64,000 bases of DNA, taken from assembly GCA_963752285.1 (NCBI GenBank), contig CAVVXN010000001.1:416001-480000 (forward strand), given 5' to 3'. Shown here in pieces: positions 44,866 through 53,370 of the stretch. How positions within the stretch are numbered: position 1 is the stretch's first letter; each line of letters opens with the position of its first letter. The notes below the pieces were generated by a model that did not search any database, was not told the DNA's origin, and saw only the letters and a program-made list of their open reading frames with translations. The stretch comes from an uncultured Planctomycetota bacterium (lineage in GTDB: Bacteria > Planctomycetota > PLA2 > JAEUHO01). A program made the translations under genes and the position numbers.

Positions 44866-46131
44866 ATGCGTCTCGTCGTGGTCATCTCCGACGATGTCGA
44901 GCGCGAAGCCGCGCTCGCGAACGTCGGCGGGATCCCGCTTCTGAGGCGGACGGTGCTCTGCGCGCGCAAGCGCGGGTTCGACAACATCGAGGTCGTCGTG
45001 CGCGCGGACGTGGCCCGCGTGGCCCGCGCCCTCGACGGGACGGGCGCCCGCGTGGCGCCCGAGGCGACCGTCAAGGCGACGCCGACGCTGCTCCTCGCGC
45101 CGACGTTCCTGCCGGCCGACTCCTGGCTCGCCACGCACGCCGTCGTGACGGACGCGGCGACCGCGGTCCACGGCGACGGCCGGGTCGCCGTCACCCTCGA
45201 GGGAAGCGAGGCCGAGCGCCTCGCGCGCGGCGACCTGCGTCCCGCGGCCCTCGCGCGGCTCCTCCCGGATCCGCTCGCTGCGCCGCCTCCGGAGGGAGAC
45301 GACGCGTCGGACGCCGCGGGGCGCCGCGCGCTCGAGAGGAAGCTGCTCCAGTCGCTGGTGAAGCCGAGCGAGGGCTTCATGTCGCGCCACGTCGAGCGGC
45401 GGATCTCGCTCGCCGTCACGCGCCGCTTGATGAACGAGCGGATCACGCCGAACCAGATGACGTGGATCAGCACGGGCGTCGGGCTCCTCGGCGCCTGCTG
45501 CTTCCTGTTCTCCGGGCGCGGTTTCGCGATCGCGGGCGCGGTGCTCTTCCTCGTGCACTCGATCCTCGACGGGTGCGACGGCGAGCTCGCCCGTCTCCGT
45601 CACCAGGAGAGCCGCGCGGGCGGCCTCCTGGACTTCTGGTCCGACAACGTGGTGCACGTCGCCGTGTTCCTCGCGCTGGGCGCGGGTTGGTCGCGCGAGG
45701 CGGCCTCGTTCCTGCCGCTCGTGATCGCCGGCCTCGCGGTCTTCGGGACCGTCTTCGCCGCCGCCTGGGTCCACGCGACGACCCTCGTGTCGCGGGACCA
45801 AGGGCCTCCCGGCCCGCTCTACGTCTCGGTCGCGCCCAACGCCGCGGCGTCGCGGGCGGTGCGCCTCGCCGACGTCCTCTCGCGCCGCGACTTCATCTGG
45901 CTCGTGCTCCTCCTCGCGATCGTCGGATGGATCCGGGTCTTCCTCGTGCTCGCCGCCGTCGGCGCGCCGCTCTACGCCGCGCTCCTCGTGTGGATCCGGA
46001 TCCGGGAGGCGCGGCACGCCGCGGGCGGGGGGCCCCGGCACGAGGGCCCGCCGGCCGCCAACGACGCCGCCGACGTCGCCCCCGAGGACACGTTCGGGGG
46101 CCCGGGCCGGCCCGCCCCGCCGGTAGGATGA
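44866..46131 (+). CDS. CDP-alcohol phosphotransferase (DIPPS-like) with a degenerate NTP-transferase-like N-terminus
   Basis: ITPNQMT, DGCDGELAR...GGLLDFWSD signature; KPSEGFMSRHVERRIS; SRRDF. Confidence 0.88.
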   Translation: MRLVVVISDDVEREAALANVGGIPLLRRTVLCARKRGFDNIEVVVRADVARVARALDGTGARVAPEATVKATPTLLLAPTFLPADSWLATHAVVTDAATAVHGDGRVAVTLEGSEAERLARGDLRPAALARLLPDPLAAPPPEGDDASDAAGRRALERKLLQSLVKPSEGFMSRHVERRISLAVTRRLMNERITPNQMTWISTGVGLLGACCFLFSGRGFAIAGAVLFLVHSILDGCDGELARLRHQESRAGGLLDFWSDNVVHVAVFLALGAGWSREAASFLPLVIAGLAVFGTVFAAAWVHATTLVSRDQGPPGPLYVSVAPNAAASRAVRLADVLSRRDFIWLVLLLAIVGWIRVFLVLAAVGAPLYAALLVWIRIREARHAAGGGPRHEGPPAANDAADVAPEDTFGGPGRPAPPVG

Positions 46132-46198
46132 CCGGCCGCGCTCCCGGGACGAGCGCCCCGGCCGGGAGCCGGGAGGGGCGGGAGCGCGAGCGGAAGAG

Positions 46199-48217
46199 AT
46201 GCACTCGACGGCGTCGCCCGCACTCGAGGATCGGCACGCCGCTGTGGCGGCGGGCGGCCCCGTGCGCCTCGCCGACCGGGCCCGCGAGGCGCTCCTAAGG
46301 GCCCGGGCCCAGCTGCTCCGGGTCCAGGCGCTCGACGGGTCCTGGTGCGCCGAGCTCGAGGGCGACTCGATCCTCGTCTCCGAGTACGTGCTCACGCAGT
46401 GGTTCCTCGGCCGGCAGGGTTCGCCGCGGGTGCGAAAGGCCGCCGAGACGCTCCGTCGCAGGCAGCGTCCCGACGGCGCGTGGTCGCTCTTCCCGGGCGG
46501 ACCCGACGAGCTGAGCGCGTCGGTCAAGGCCTACTTCGTGCTGAAGCTCTCGGGCGACGCGCCCGACGCGCCGCACATGGAGCGCGCCCGGCGGTCGATC
46601 CTCGCGCTCGGCGGCCTCGAGGCGACGAACTCGTACACGAAGATCTACCTCGCGATCTTCGGACAGTACCCGTGGGAGGGATGCCCCGCGATCCCTCCGG
46701 AGCTCGTCCTCTTCCCGTCGTGGTTCCCGTTCAACCTCTACGAGATGTCGTCGTGGTCGCGTGCGATCGTCGTGCCGCTCTGCCTGATCTGGGCGAAGCG
46801 GCCTCACGTGACGGTGCCGGAGCGCGCCTCGATCGCCGAGCTTTGCGCCGCCGCGTCCCACGAGTCGGCAGGCGTCGTGCGCTTCGTGGGCCGCCACCCG
46901 GTCTGGACGCGGGTCTTCGGCGCGGCCGACCGCCTGCTGAAGTCGCTCGAGCGCCTCCGCCTCCGGCCCCTCCGCCGCCTCGCCATGCGACGAGCGGAGG
47001 CGTGGATCCGGGAGCGCCTCGCGGGCTGCGACGGGGTCGGCGCGATCTTCCCGCCGATCGTGAACACGATCGTCGGCTTCTCTGCGCTCGGGTACCCCGT
47101 CGACGAGCCCGTCGTCGCGAGCCAGATCGCGGAGCTCGAGCGCCTCGGGATCGAGGACGACGAGACGTTCCGCGTCCAGCCGTGCTTCTCGGCCCTGTGG
47201 GACACGGCCCAGGTGCTCAGCGCGCTCCTCGGCGCCGGTGTGGCGCCGGACGACCCCGCGGTCCTCGGGGGCGCGCGCTGGCTTCTCGCCCGCGAGGTGC
47301 GTCGCAAGGGCGACTGGGCCGTGAAGGTCCGGGGCGTGCCGGCCGGCGGCTGGTACTTCGAGTACCGGAACGAGTGGTATCCCGACTGCGACGACACGGC
47401 CGAGGTGCTCGGCGTGCTCGCGCGCGTGCGCTTCCCCGACCCCGACGAGGACGCGCGGCGCACGGCGGCGATCGAGCGCGGCCTCGCGTGGCTCCTCGGG
47501 ATGCAGAGCCCGACGGGCGGGTGGGCGGCGTTCGACCGCGCGGTGACGAAGCGCTTCCTCACCTACGTCCCGTTCGCCGACCACAACGCGATGCTCGACC
47601 CGCCGGTGGCGGACGTCACGGGACGCGCGCTCGCGGCCCTCGCCCACGCCGGCGTGCCCCAGGGGCACCGGGCCGTTCGCCGCGCGGTCCGGTTCCTCCG
47701 ACGCGAGGAGGAGGAGGACGGCACCTGGTTCGGCCGGTGGGGCGCGAACTACGTGTACGGGACCTGGCTCGCGCTGACCGGTCTCGTCCGCAGCGGCGAG
47801 GACCCGGACGCACCGTGGGTCCGCCGCTCGGCGGGCTGGCTCCAGGACCGCCAGAACCCGGACGGCGGCTGGGGCGAGAGCCTCCGGTCGTACGACGAGC
47901 CCGCCCTGAAGGGGCGTGGCGAGAGCACGGCGGCGCAGACCGCGTGGGCCCTCCTCGGGCTCCTCGCGCTCGGGCCCGCGGGGGACCCGGCCCGCGCGTC
48001 GGCCGAGCGGCGCGGCGTCGAGCGCCTCCTCGCGACGCAGCTACCCGACGGGTCCTGGTTCGACGAGTCCTTCACGGGCACCGGGTTCCCGCGCGTCTTC
48101 TACCTGCGGTACCACCTCTACGCGACGCTCTTCCCGGCGCTCGCGCTGGCCACCTGGCTCGACGTCGAGGGGGCGTCCCCCGCGGACCGCCCCGCGTCGA
48201 GCGGGAGAAACCGATGA
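46199..48217 (+). CDS. shc: Squalene--hopene cyclase
   Basis: DCDDTA catalytic motif, several QW repeats, WDTA, GRWGANYVYGT, TGTGFPRVFYLRY. Confidence 0.97.
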   Translation: MHSTASPALEDRHAAVAAGGPVRLADRAREALLRARAQLLRVQALDGSWCAELEGDSILVSEYVLTQWFLGRQGSPRVRKAAETLRRRQRPDGAWSLFPGGPDELSASVKAYFVLKLSGDAPDAPHMERARRSILALGGLEATNSYTKIYLAIFGQYPWEGCPAIPPELVLFPSWFPFNLYEMSSWSRAIVVPLCLIWAKRPHVTVPERASIAELCAAASHESAGVVRFVGRHPVWTRVFGAADRLLKSLERLRLRPLRRLAMRRAEAWIRERLAGCDGVGAIFPPIVNTIVGFSALGYPVDEPVVASQIAELERLGIEDDETFRVQPCFSALWDTAQVLSALLGAGVAPDDPAVLGGARWLLAREVRRKGDWAVKVRGVPAGGWYFEYRNEWYPDCDDTAEVLGVLARVRFPDPDEDARRTAAIERGLAWLLGMQSPTGGWAAFDRAVTKRFLTYVPFADHNAMLDPPVADVTGRALAALAHAGVPQGHRAVRRAVRFLRREEEEDGTWFGRWGANYVYGTWLALTGLVRSGEDPDAPWVRRSAGWLQDRQNPDGGWGESLRSYDEPALKGRGESTAAQTAWALLGLLALGPAGDPARASAERRGVERLLATQLPDGSWFDESFTGTGFPRVFYLRYHLYATLFPALALATWLDVEGASPADRPASSGRNR

Positions 48218-49215
48218 GATTCCCCGTCCACATCACGGTAGACACGATCCGCCACCAGGTGAAGAACGCGCTCCAGGGGAACCGCCGGTACCCCTTCGTG
48301 CTGATGCTGGAGCCGCTCTACACGTGCAACCTCGCCTGCATCGGGTGCGCGGTCGAACGCCACACGGGCCGCCTCGAGGACCGGCTGACCGTGGAGGCGT
48401 GCCTCGCGGCCTCGGACGACTGCGGCGCGCCGATCGTGTCGATCTGCGGCGGCGAGCCGACGGTCTACCCCGAGCTGCCGGAGCTGGTGCAGGGCATCAT
48501 CGACCGCAAGCGGCACATCTACCTGTGCACGAACGCGCTCCTCCTCGACAAGCGCGTGTACGGGAAGATCCCTCCCCACCGGCGCCTCTCCATCAACATC
48601 CACCTCGACGGCATGCAGAAGACGCACGACTACGTCTGCGATCGCGAGGGGACGTTCGACAAGGCCATCGCGATGGTGAAGGAGGGCAAGCGCCTGGGCT
48701 ACCACGTCCTCACCAACACCACGATCTTCAAGGAGACCGACATGGACGAGATCGAGGAGCTGTGCCGGCTCCTCCGGGGTCTCGGCGTGGACGGCATGCT
48801 CATCTCGCCCGGCTACCAGTACGAGTCGCTGCCCGGCGACATCTTCCTCACGCGGAAGGACACCTCGGAGAAGTTCAAGCGGGTCCTCGCGCTCTCGAAG
48901 CACTTCCGCCTGCAGTCGTCGCCGATGTTCCTGGAGTTCGCGGCGGGCATGCGCGAGTATCCCTGCTCGCCGTGGAGCACGGTCACGAGGACGCCGCTCG
49001 GGTGGAAGGGTCCCTGCTACCTGATCGGAAAGGGCTGGTACCCGACGTGGGACGAGTTCTGGAACGGCGTGGACTGGGACTACTGGGAGTCGCGCCAGGA
49101 CCCCCTCTGCCAGAACTGCGCCATGCACTCGGGCTTCGAGGCTTCGGTCGTGCGCGAGCTCTCGAAGAGCCCGCGCGACATGGTCCGGATGGCCGCCTGG
49201 AACGTCCTCGGCTGA
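48214..49215 (+). CDS. hpnH: Adenosyl-hopene transferase, radical SAM
   Basis: YPFVLMLEPLYTCNLACIGC, GGEP, ISPGY, PCYL, CQNCAMHSGFE; ATGA coupling to shc. Confidence 0.93.
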   Translation: MRFPVHITVDTIRHQVKNALQGNRRYPFVLMLEPLYTCNLACIGCAVERHTGRLEDRLTVEACLAASDDCGAPIVSICGGEPTVYPELPELVQGIIDRKRHIYLCTNALLLDKRVYGKIPPHRRLSINIHLDGMQKTHDYVCDREGTFDKAIAMVKEGKRLGYHVLTNTTIFKETDMDEIEELCRLLRGLGVDGMLISPGYQYESLPGDIFLTRKDTSEKFKRVLALSKHFRLQSSPMFLEFAAGMREYPCSPWSTVTRTPLGWKGPCYLIGKGWYPTWDEFWNGVDWDYWESRQDPLCQNCAMHSGFEASVVRELSKSPRDMVRMAAWNVLG

Positions 49216-49240
49216 GCCGTCCGACGCGCGGGGGGCGCCG

Positions 49241-50239
49241 ATGGACCTCGTGACGGGAGGCAGCGGCTTCGTCGGTGCGCACGTCGTCCGGTCGCTCCTC
49301 GCCCGCGGGCAGAGGGTCCGCTGCCTCGTCCGCGGCCCGCGCCCCTCGGGCCGCGGCTCTGCGAACCTCGACGGCCTCGACGTGGAGCGCGTCGAGGGGG
49401 ATCTGCTCGAGCCGGACTCGCTCGGGCCCGCGACGCGCGGCGTCGAGCGCGTGTTCCACGTGGCCGCCGACTACCGGCTCTTCGCGCGCGACCCGCGGCC
49501 GCTGTACCGCGCGAACGTGGACGGCACGCGCGCGCTCCTAGAGGCCGCGGCCCGCGAGGGCGTCCGTCGCTTCGTCCACACGTCGTCGGTCGGCGCGCTC
49601 GGCCTCACGTCCGACGGGACGCCGGCCGACGAGACGACCCCCGCGCGGCTCGCCGACATGATCGGCCACTACAAGCGCAGCAAGTTCCTCGCGGAGCGTG
49701 AGGCCGAGGCGGCGGCGGCGCGCGGGCTCCCGGTCGTGATCGTGAACCCCTCCACGCCGATCGGCGAGATGGACGCGCGGCCCACCCCCACGGGGCAGGT
49801 CGTCGTGGACTTCCTGAACCGCCGGATGCCTGCGTACGTGGACACGGGCCTGAACCTCGTGGACGTGCGGGACGTGGCCGAGGGGCACGTCCTCGCCGCG
49901 GAGCGCGGTCGTGTCGGCGAGCGCTACGTGCTCGGCGCCGAGAACCTGACCCTCCGGGCGATTCTCGAGACGCTCGCGCGGCTCACCGGGCTCCCCGCGC
50001 CGCGCGTACGCCTGCCGCGATGGATCCCCCTCCTCGTGGCCGGCGTCGAGACGGGCTTCGCGAAGTGCTTCGGGGGCACGCCGCGTGTCCCGTTGGAGGG
50101 TGTGCGGATGGCGCGGCACCGCATGTTCTTCGACCACGGGAAGGCCCGCCAAGAGCTCGGCTACGCGCCGGGCCCGGTCGAGGACGCGCTCGTCCGTGCG
50201 ATCGGGTGGTACCGGGCGAACGGGTACGTGCGGGCGTGA
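49241..50239 (+). CDS. hpnA: Hopanoid-associated NAD-dependent epimerase/dehydratase
   Basis: TGGSGFVG, FHVAADYRL, YKRSK, NPSTPIG, RMPAYVDTGLN. Confidence 0.92.
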   Translation: MDLVTGGSGFVGAHVVRSLLARGQRVRCLVRGPRPSGRGSANLDGLDVERVEGDLLEPDSLGPATRGVERVFHVAADYRLFARDPRPLYRANVDGTRALLEAAAREGVRRFVHTSSVGALGLTSDGTPADETTPARLADMIGHYKRSKFLAEREAEAAAARGLPVVIVNPSTPIGEMDARPTPTGQVVVDFLNRRMPAYVDTGLNLVDVRDVAEGHVLAAERGRVGERYVLGAENLTLRAILETLARLTGLPAPRVRLPRWIPLLVAGVETGFAKCFGGTPRVPLEGVRMARHRMFFDHGKARQELGYAPGPVEDALVRAIGWYRANGYVRA

Positions 50240-50973
50240 CGGACCGGCCGCTGCTCGTGGTCGGCGCGCTCCGGGAGGAGGTCCGGTCGCTCCTTCGCCT
50301 CCTCGACGGCCCGCGCGCGCTCGGCCGCGGCCTCGTTGCGGGATCGCTCTCGGGCCGCGCCGTCGTCGTCGGCACGACCGGCGACGGGGCGCGCGCCGCG
50401 CGGCAGGGCCTCGAGGCGGCCCTCGACCGCGCGGGCCCGGTCCGCGCGCTCCTGGGCCTCGGATACGCCGGGGGACTCGACCCCGCGCTCCCCGCCGGCG
50501 CGATCGTGGTCGGCGCCCGGGTCCGGGTGGCCCGTTCCGACGGCGCCCCGACGCCCTTCGACGCGTCGTGGGCCCGCGCGACGGCCGACGCGCTCGGCGC
50601 CCGGATCGGCACGCTGGTCACGGCGCCGGGTCTCGTGGCGACGCCCGAGGCGAAGGCGTCGCTCCGCGCGGGCGGGCCGGGCGACGCGCTCGCGGTGGAC
50701 CTGGAGTCCGACGCGTGGGCCCGCGTCGCCGCGTCCTTCGGCGTCCCGGCCCTCGTCCTTCGCGCGGTCTTCGACGACGCGGCCTCCGCCGTCCCCCCCT
50801 GGGTCGTCGCCGCGACGGACGCGGAGGGACACGTCGGAGGCCTGCGCCTGGTGGGGGGGGTGATGCGTGGCCCGGCCCGGCTGGGCTCGCTCCTTCGGCT
50901 GGCCCGCGCGGCGCGGCGGCTCTCGGCGGGCCTCGCCCAGGCGGCGATGGCCGCGGCCGCCCTCGCGCCCTGA
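50236..50973 (+). CDS. hpnG: Nucleoside phosphorylase-fold protein (adenosylhopane nucleosidase-like)
   Basis: GYAGGLDPAL, AVDLES, LRAVFD; position in the hpn operon. Confidence 0.75.
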   Translation: MTDRPLLVVGALREEVRSLLRLLDGPRALGRGLVAGSLSGRAVVVGTTGDGARAARQGLEAALDRAGPVRALLGLGYAGGLDPALPAGAIVVGARVRVARSDGAPTPFDASWARATADALGARIGTLVTAPGLVATPEAKASLRAGGPGDALAVDLESDAWARVAASFGVPALVLRAVFDDAASAVPPWVVAATDAEGHVGGLRLVGGVMRGPARLGSLLRLARAARRLSAGLAQAAMAAAALAP

Positions 50974-50977
50974 ACGC

Positions 50978-51904
50978 TCAGCCGGCGGAGCCGGGCGTGC
51001 GCGTGGCCTTGAGCGCGTCCATCACCGGTTCGCCCTGGTCGAGCGCGTCGTGCATGGCGCGGTGGATGCCCACGACCTCCGGGCGCGTGAGCTTCGAGCC
51101 GGCGCCGGACGCCTCGACGCGGTCGAGCGTGGCCCGCGCGAGCAGCACGGGCAGGGCGTTGAAGGCCACCAGGCCGCGATCCGTTCGGCTCGCGTCGAGC
51201 GCGCGCACGTACTCGTCGGCGAGGACGAGGTCGTCGCGCGCCAACGCGAACACCTCGGAGCGCGGCACGCTCGCGGGGACGTACCAGCGGCCCTCCCGGG
51301 CGTCGCCCGAGGCGTCCTTCAGGATGTTCACGAGCTGCAGGCCCTCGCCGAAAAAGCGCGCGCGCGTGCCGAGATAGGGAGAGATCCGCGCGACCTCGGC
51401 GCGTCCGAGCGCGTAGAGCTCGGTCAGCATCTCGCCGACGATGCCCGCCACGACGTGGCAGTAGTCGCGGAGCTCCTCGACCGACTGGAGGCGGAGGTCG
51501 CCGCTCTGGCCGGCGTACCGCGCCATCCCCTCCGCCGTCCTCAGCACGTGCGCGCGGATCACGCGCTGGGCCTCGGGCGCGAGGGACGAGAGCGTATCCA
51601 CGACCGCCGGCGTCTCGGCGAGGAGGTCCGTGTAGCCGTCGTGCCGCAGCGGGGGCGTGTCCCGCCAGGCCCGCGCGAGCTCGTGGATCCGCCCGTTGGC
51701 CGAGGGCGACAGCGAACCGGCGAAGTCGAGCAGGGCCGCGGTGCGTTCGTCGGGACTCCAGAGCGTGGCATCCTCGAACGTGTCCGCGATGCGGAACAGG
51801 AGGTACGCGACCGTGACCTCCGTGCGGGTGGGGGCGGGCAGCTCGGGGATCGCCAGCGCGAAGGTCCGGCTCGTCCTCAGCAGCAGCGACGCGAGATCGG
51901 CCAT
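50978..51904 (-). CDS. Squalene synthase (farnesyl-diphosphate farnesyltransferase type)
   Basis: SRTFALAI, AYLLFRIADTFED, YCHVVAGIVGEML, GLQLVNILKD..D, KLTR. Confidence 0.88.
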   Translation of the reverse strand: MADLASLLLRTSRTFALAIPELPAPTRTEVTVAYLLFRIADTFEDATLWSPDERTAALLDFAGSLSPSANGRIHELARAWRDTPPLRHDGYTDLLAETPAVVDTLSSLAPEAQRVIRAHVLRTAEGMARYAGQSGDLRLQSVEELRDYCHVVAGIVGEMLTELYALGRAEVARISPYLGTRARFFGEGLQLVNILKDASGDAREGRWYVPASVPRSEVFALARDDLVLADEYVRALDASRTDRGLVAFNALPVLLARATLDRVEASGAGSKLTRPEVVGIHRAMHDALDQGEPVMDALKATRTPGSAG

Positions 51905-52108
51905 GCCCCGAAGCGCCGTCCCTTCCCGCCGGACGAGAGGGCGGCGCCCTCTCACCCGAACCTGCCCACGGGCGGCCGGCCTCCTCGCGTGCCGGGCCCG
52001 ACCCGCTCGGACCGGGGGCCTGATGCCCGATCCGAGCCCCTGCCGGGCGCCGAACATAGCAGAACCCCCGGGTCCGATCGCCTCCTCCGGCGGGCCTCCT
52101 CCCGGGCC

Positions 52109-52153
52109 GGGCCCCTCCGTCCCGGGCCCCGGCGTCCCGGGCCCCTACGTCCC
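52109..52153. repeat. 3 x 15-bp tandem repeat GGGCCCC(N2)CGTCCC
   Basis: gggcccctccgtccc / gggccccggcgtccc / gggcccctacgtccc. Confidence 0.75.
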
Positions 52154-52281
52154 GGTCGGGCAGCCCCGAGGCGCCGGGGCCGCGCCCCGCCCTCCGGGCG
52201 GCGGGGGACCGCGACGGCCGGCCGCGGACTCGGGGCGCCGGGCCCGGCCGAGGGCGTGCGGAGGCCCTCCCGCCCGCTCCC

Positions 52282-53364
52282 TCAGCGCACGCGTCGGCGG
52301 CGGTTCTTGAGGAAGTCCACGAGCACGAACCCCTCCAGCCGCGCGGACTCGGCGAACCAGGCCCGTCCGCGGCACGCTTCGGTGAACCGCTCGACGAAGC
52401 GACGGAGCTGCGGGTCCGCGGTCAGCATGAACGTCGTCACCTGGATGCCGCGGCGACGACAGCGCACCGCCTCCTCCAGCGTCTTGCCGACGATGCGCGG
52501 GTCGAGCCCGAACGGGTTCTTGTAGATCCCGTCCTCGTCGTGGATCGCCGAGGGCTTTCCGTCCGTCAGCATCACGATCTGCCGGTTCATGCCCTTCCTG
52601 CGGAGCAGCAGGTCCTGCGCGCGAACGAGCCCCGCGCGGGTGTTCGTGTGGAAGGGCCCGTTCGACACGTACGGGAGCCGTTCCAGCGGCACGACCTCGG
52701 CGTCGTCGCCGAAGAGGACGACGTCGATCGTGTCCTTCGGGAACCGCGTCGTGATCAGCTCGGCGAGTGCGAGGGCCACCCGCTTCGCCGGCGTGATCCG
52801 ATCCTCGCCGTACAGCGTCATGGAGTGGCTGACGTCGATCAGGAGCACGGTCGCGCAGGCGGTGTGGACCTCGCGCTCGCGGACCTCGAGGTCGTCCTCG
52901 CTGAGGTCCGCGTCGCCGCCCGTGCGCCGGACCCAGTTCCAGAGCGTGCGACCGGCGTCGATCCGGTCGATCCCGTCCCCGAACGCGAACGGCCTCGTCT
53001 CGTCGGTGGGGTCGCCCTTCCCGCCCGCGGCGGACAACCGGTGCTGCCCGGCCTCGCGGCGCGTGAGCCCCTGGAACACGTCCGCCAGCGCCTGGCGCCG
53101 GAGCGCCCGCTCGCCCCGGCGGGTGAGGCGGAGCGCGCCTTCCCGGTTCGCGGCGATCTCGCCGCGTCGCTCGAGCCAGCGCCGGAACGCGTCGATGCCG
53201 TACTCCTCGTGGAAGAGGCCGTACCGGTTCCCGATCTCCTCCAGGTGCTCGAGCGCGGCCTCGACGTCGCCGTCGAGGACGAGAAGGAGCTGACGGAAGA
53301 GCCGGAGCAGCGTCTGGAAGGTCGCTTCGGGCGTCTCGGCCGCGTGGGCGTACCGCCACCGCAC
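52282..53364 (-). CDS. VWA domain protein (partner of the adjacent AAA+ ATPase)
   Basis: MIDAS DVSHS, HTNT, LTDGKPS. Confidence 0.88.
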   Translation of the reverse strand: MRWRYAHAAETPEATFQTLLRLFRQLLLVLDGDVEAALEHLEEIGNRYGLFHEEYGIDAFRRWLERRGEIAANREGALRLTRRGERALRRQALADVFQGLTRREAGQHRLSAAGGKGDPTDETRPFAFGDGIDRIDAGRTLWNWVRRTGGDADLSEDDLEVREREVHTACATVLLIDVSHSMTLYGEDRITPAKRVALALAELITTRFPKDTIDVVLFGDDAEVVPLERLPYVSNGPFHTNTRAGLVRAQDLLLRRKGMNRQIVMLTDGKPSAIHDEDGIYKNPFGLDPRIVGKTLEEAVRCRRRGIQVTTFMLTADPQLRRFVERFTEACRGRAWFAESARLEGFVLVDFLKNRRRRVR

Positions 53365-53370
53365 GAGGCC

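Noticed and set aside
50978..51904. Phytoene synthase or HpnC/HpnD call
   Set aside because: SRTFALAI/AYLLFRIADTFED pattern and context fit a one-step squalene synthase; no crtI or hpnE nearby
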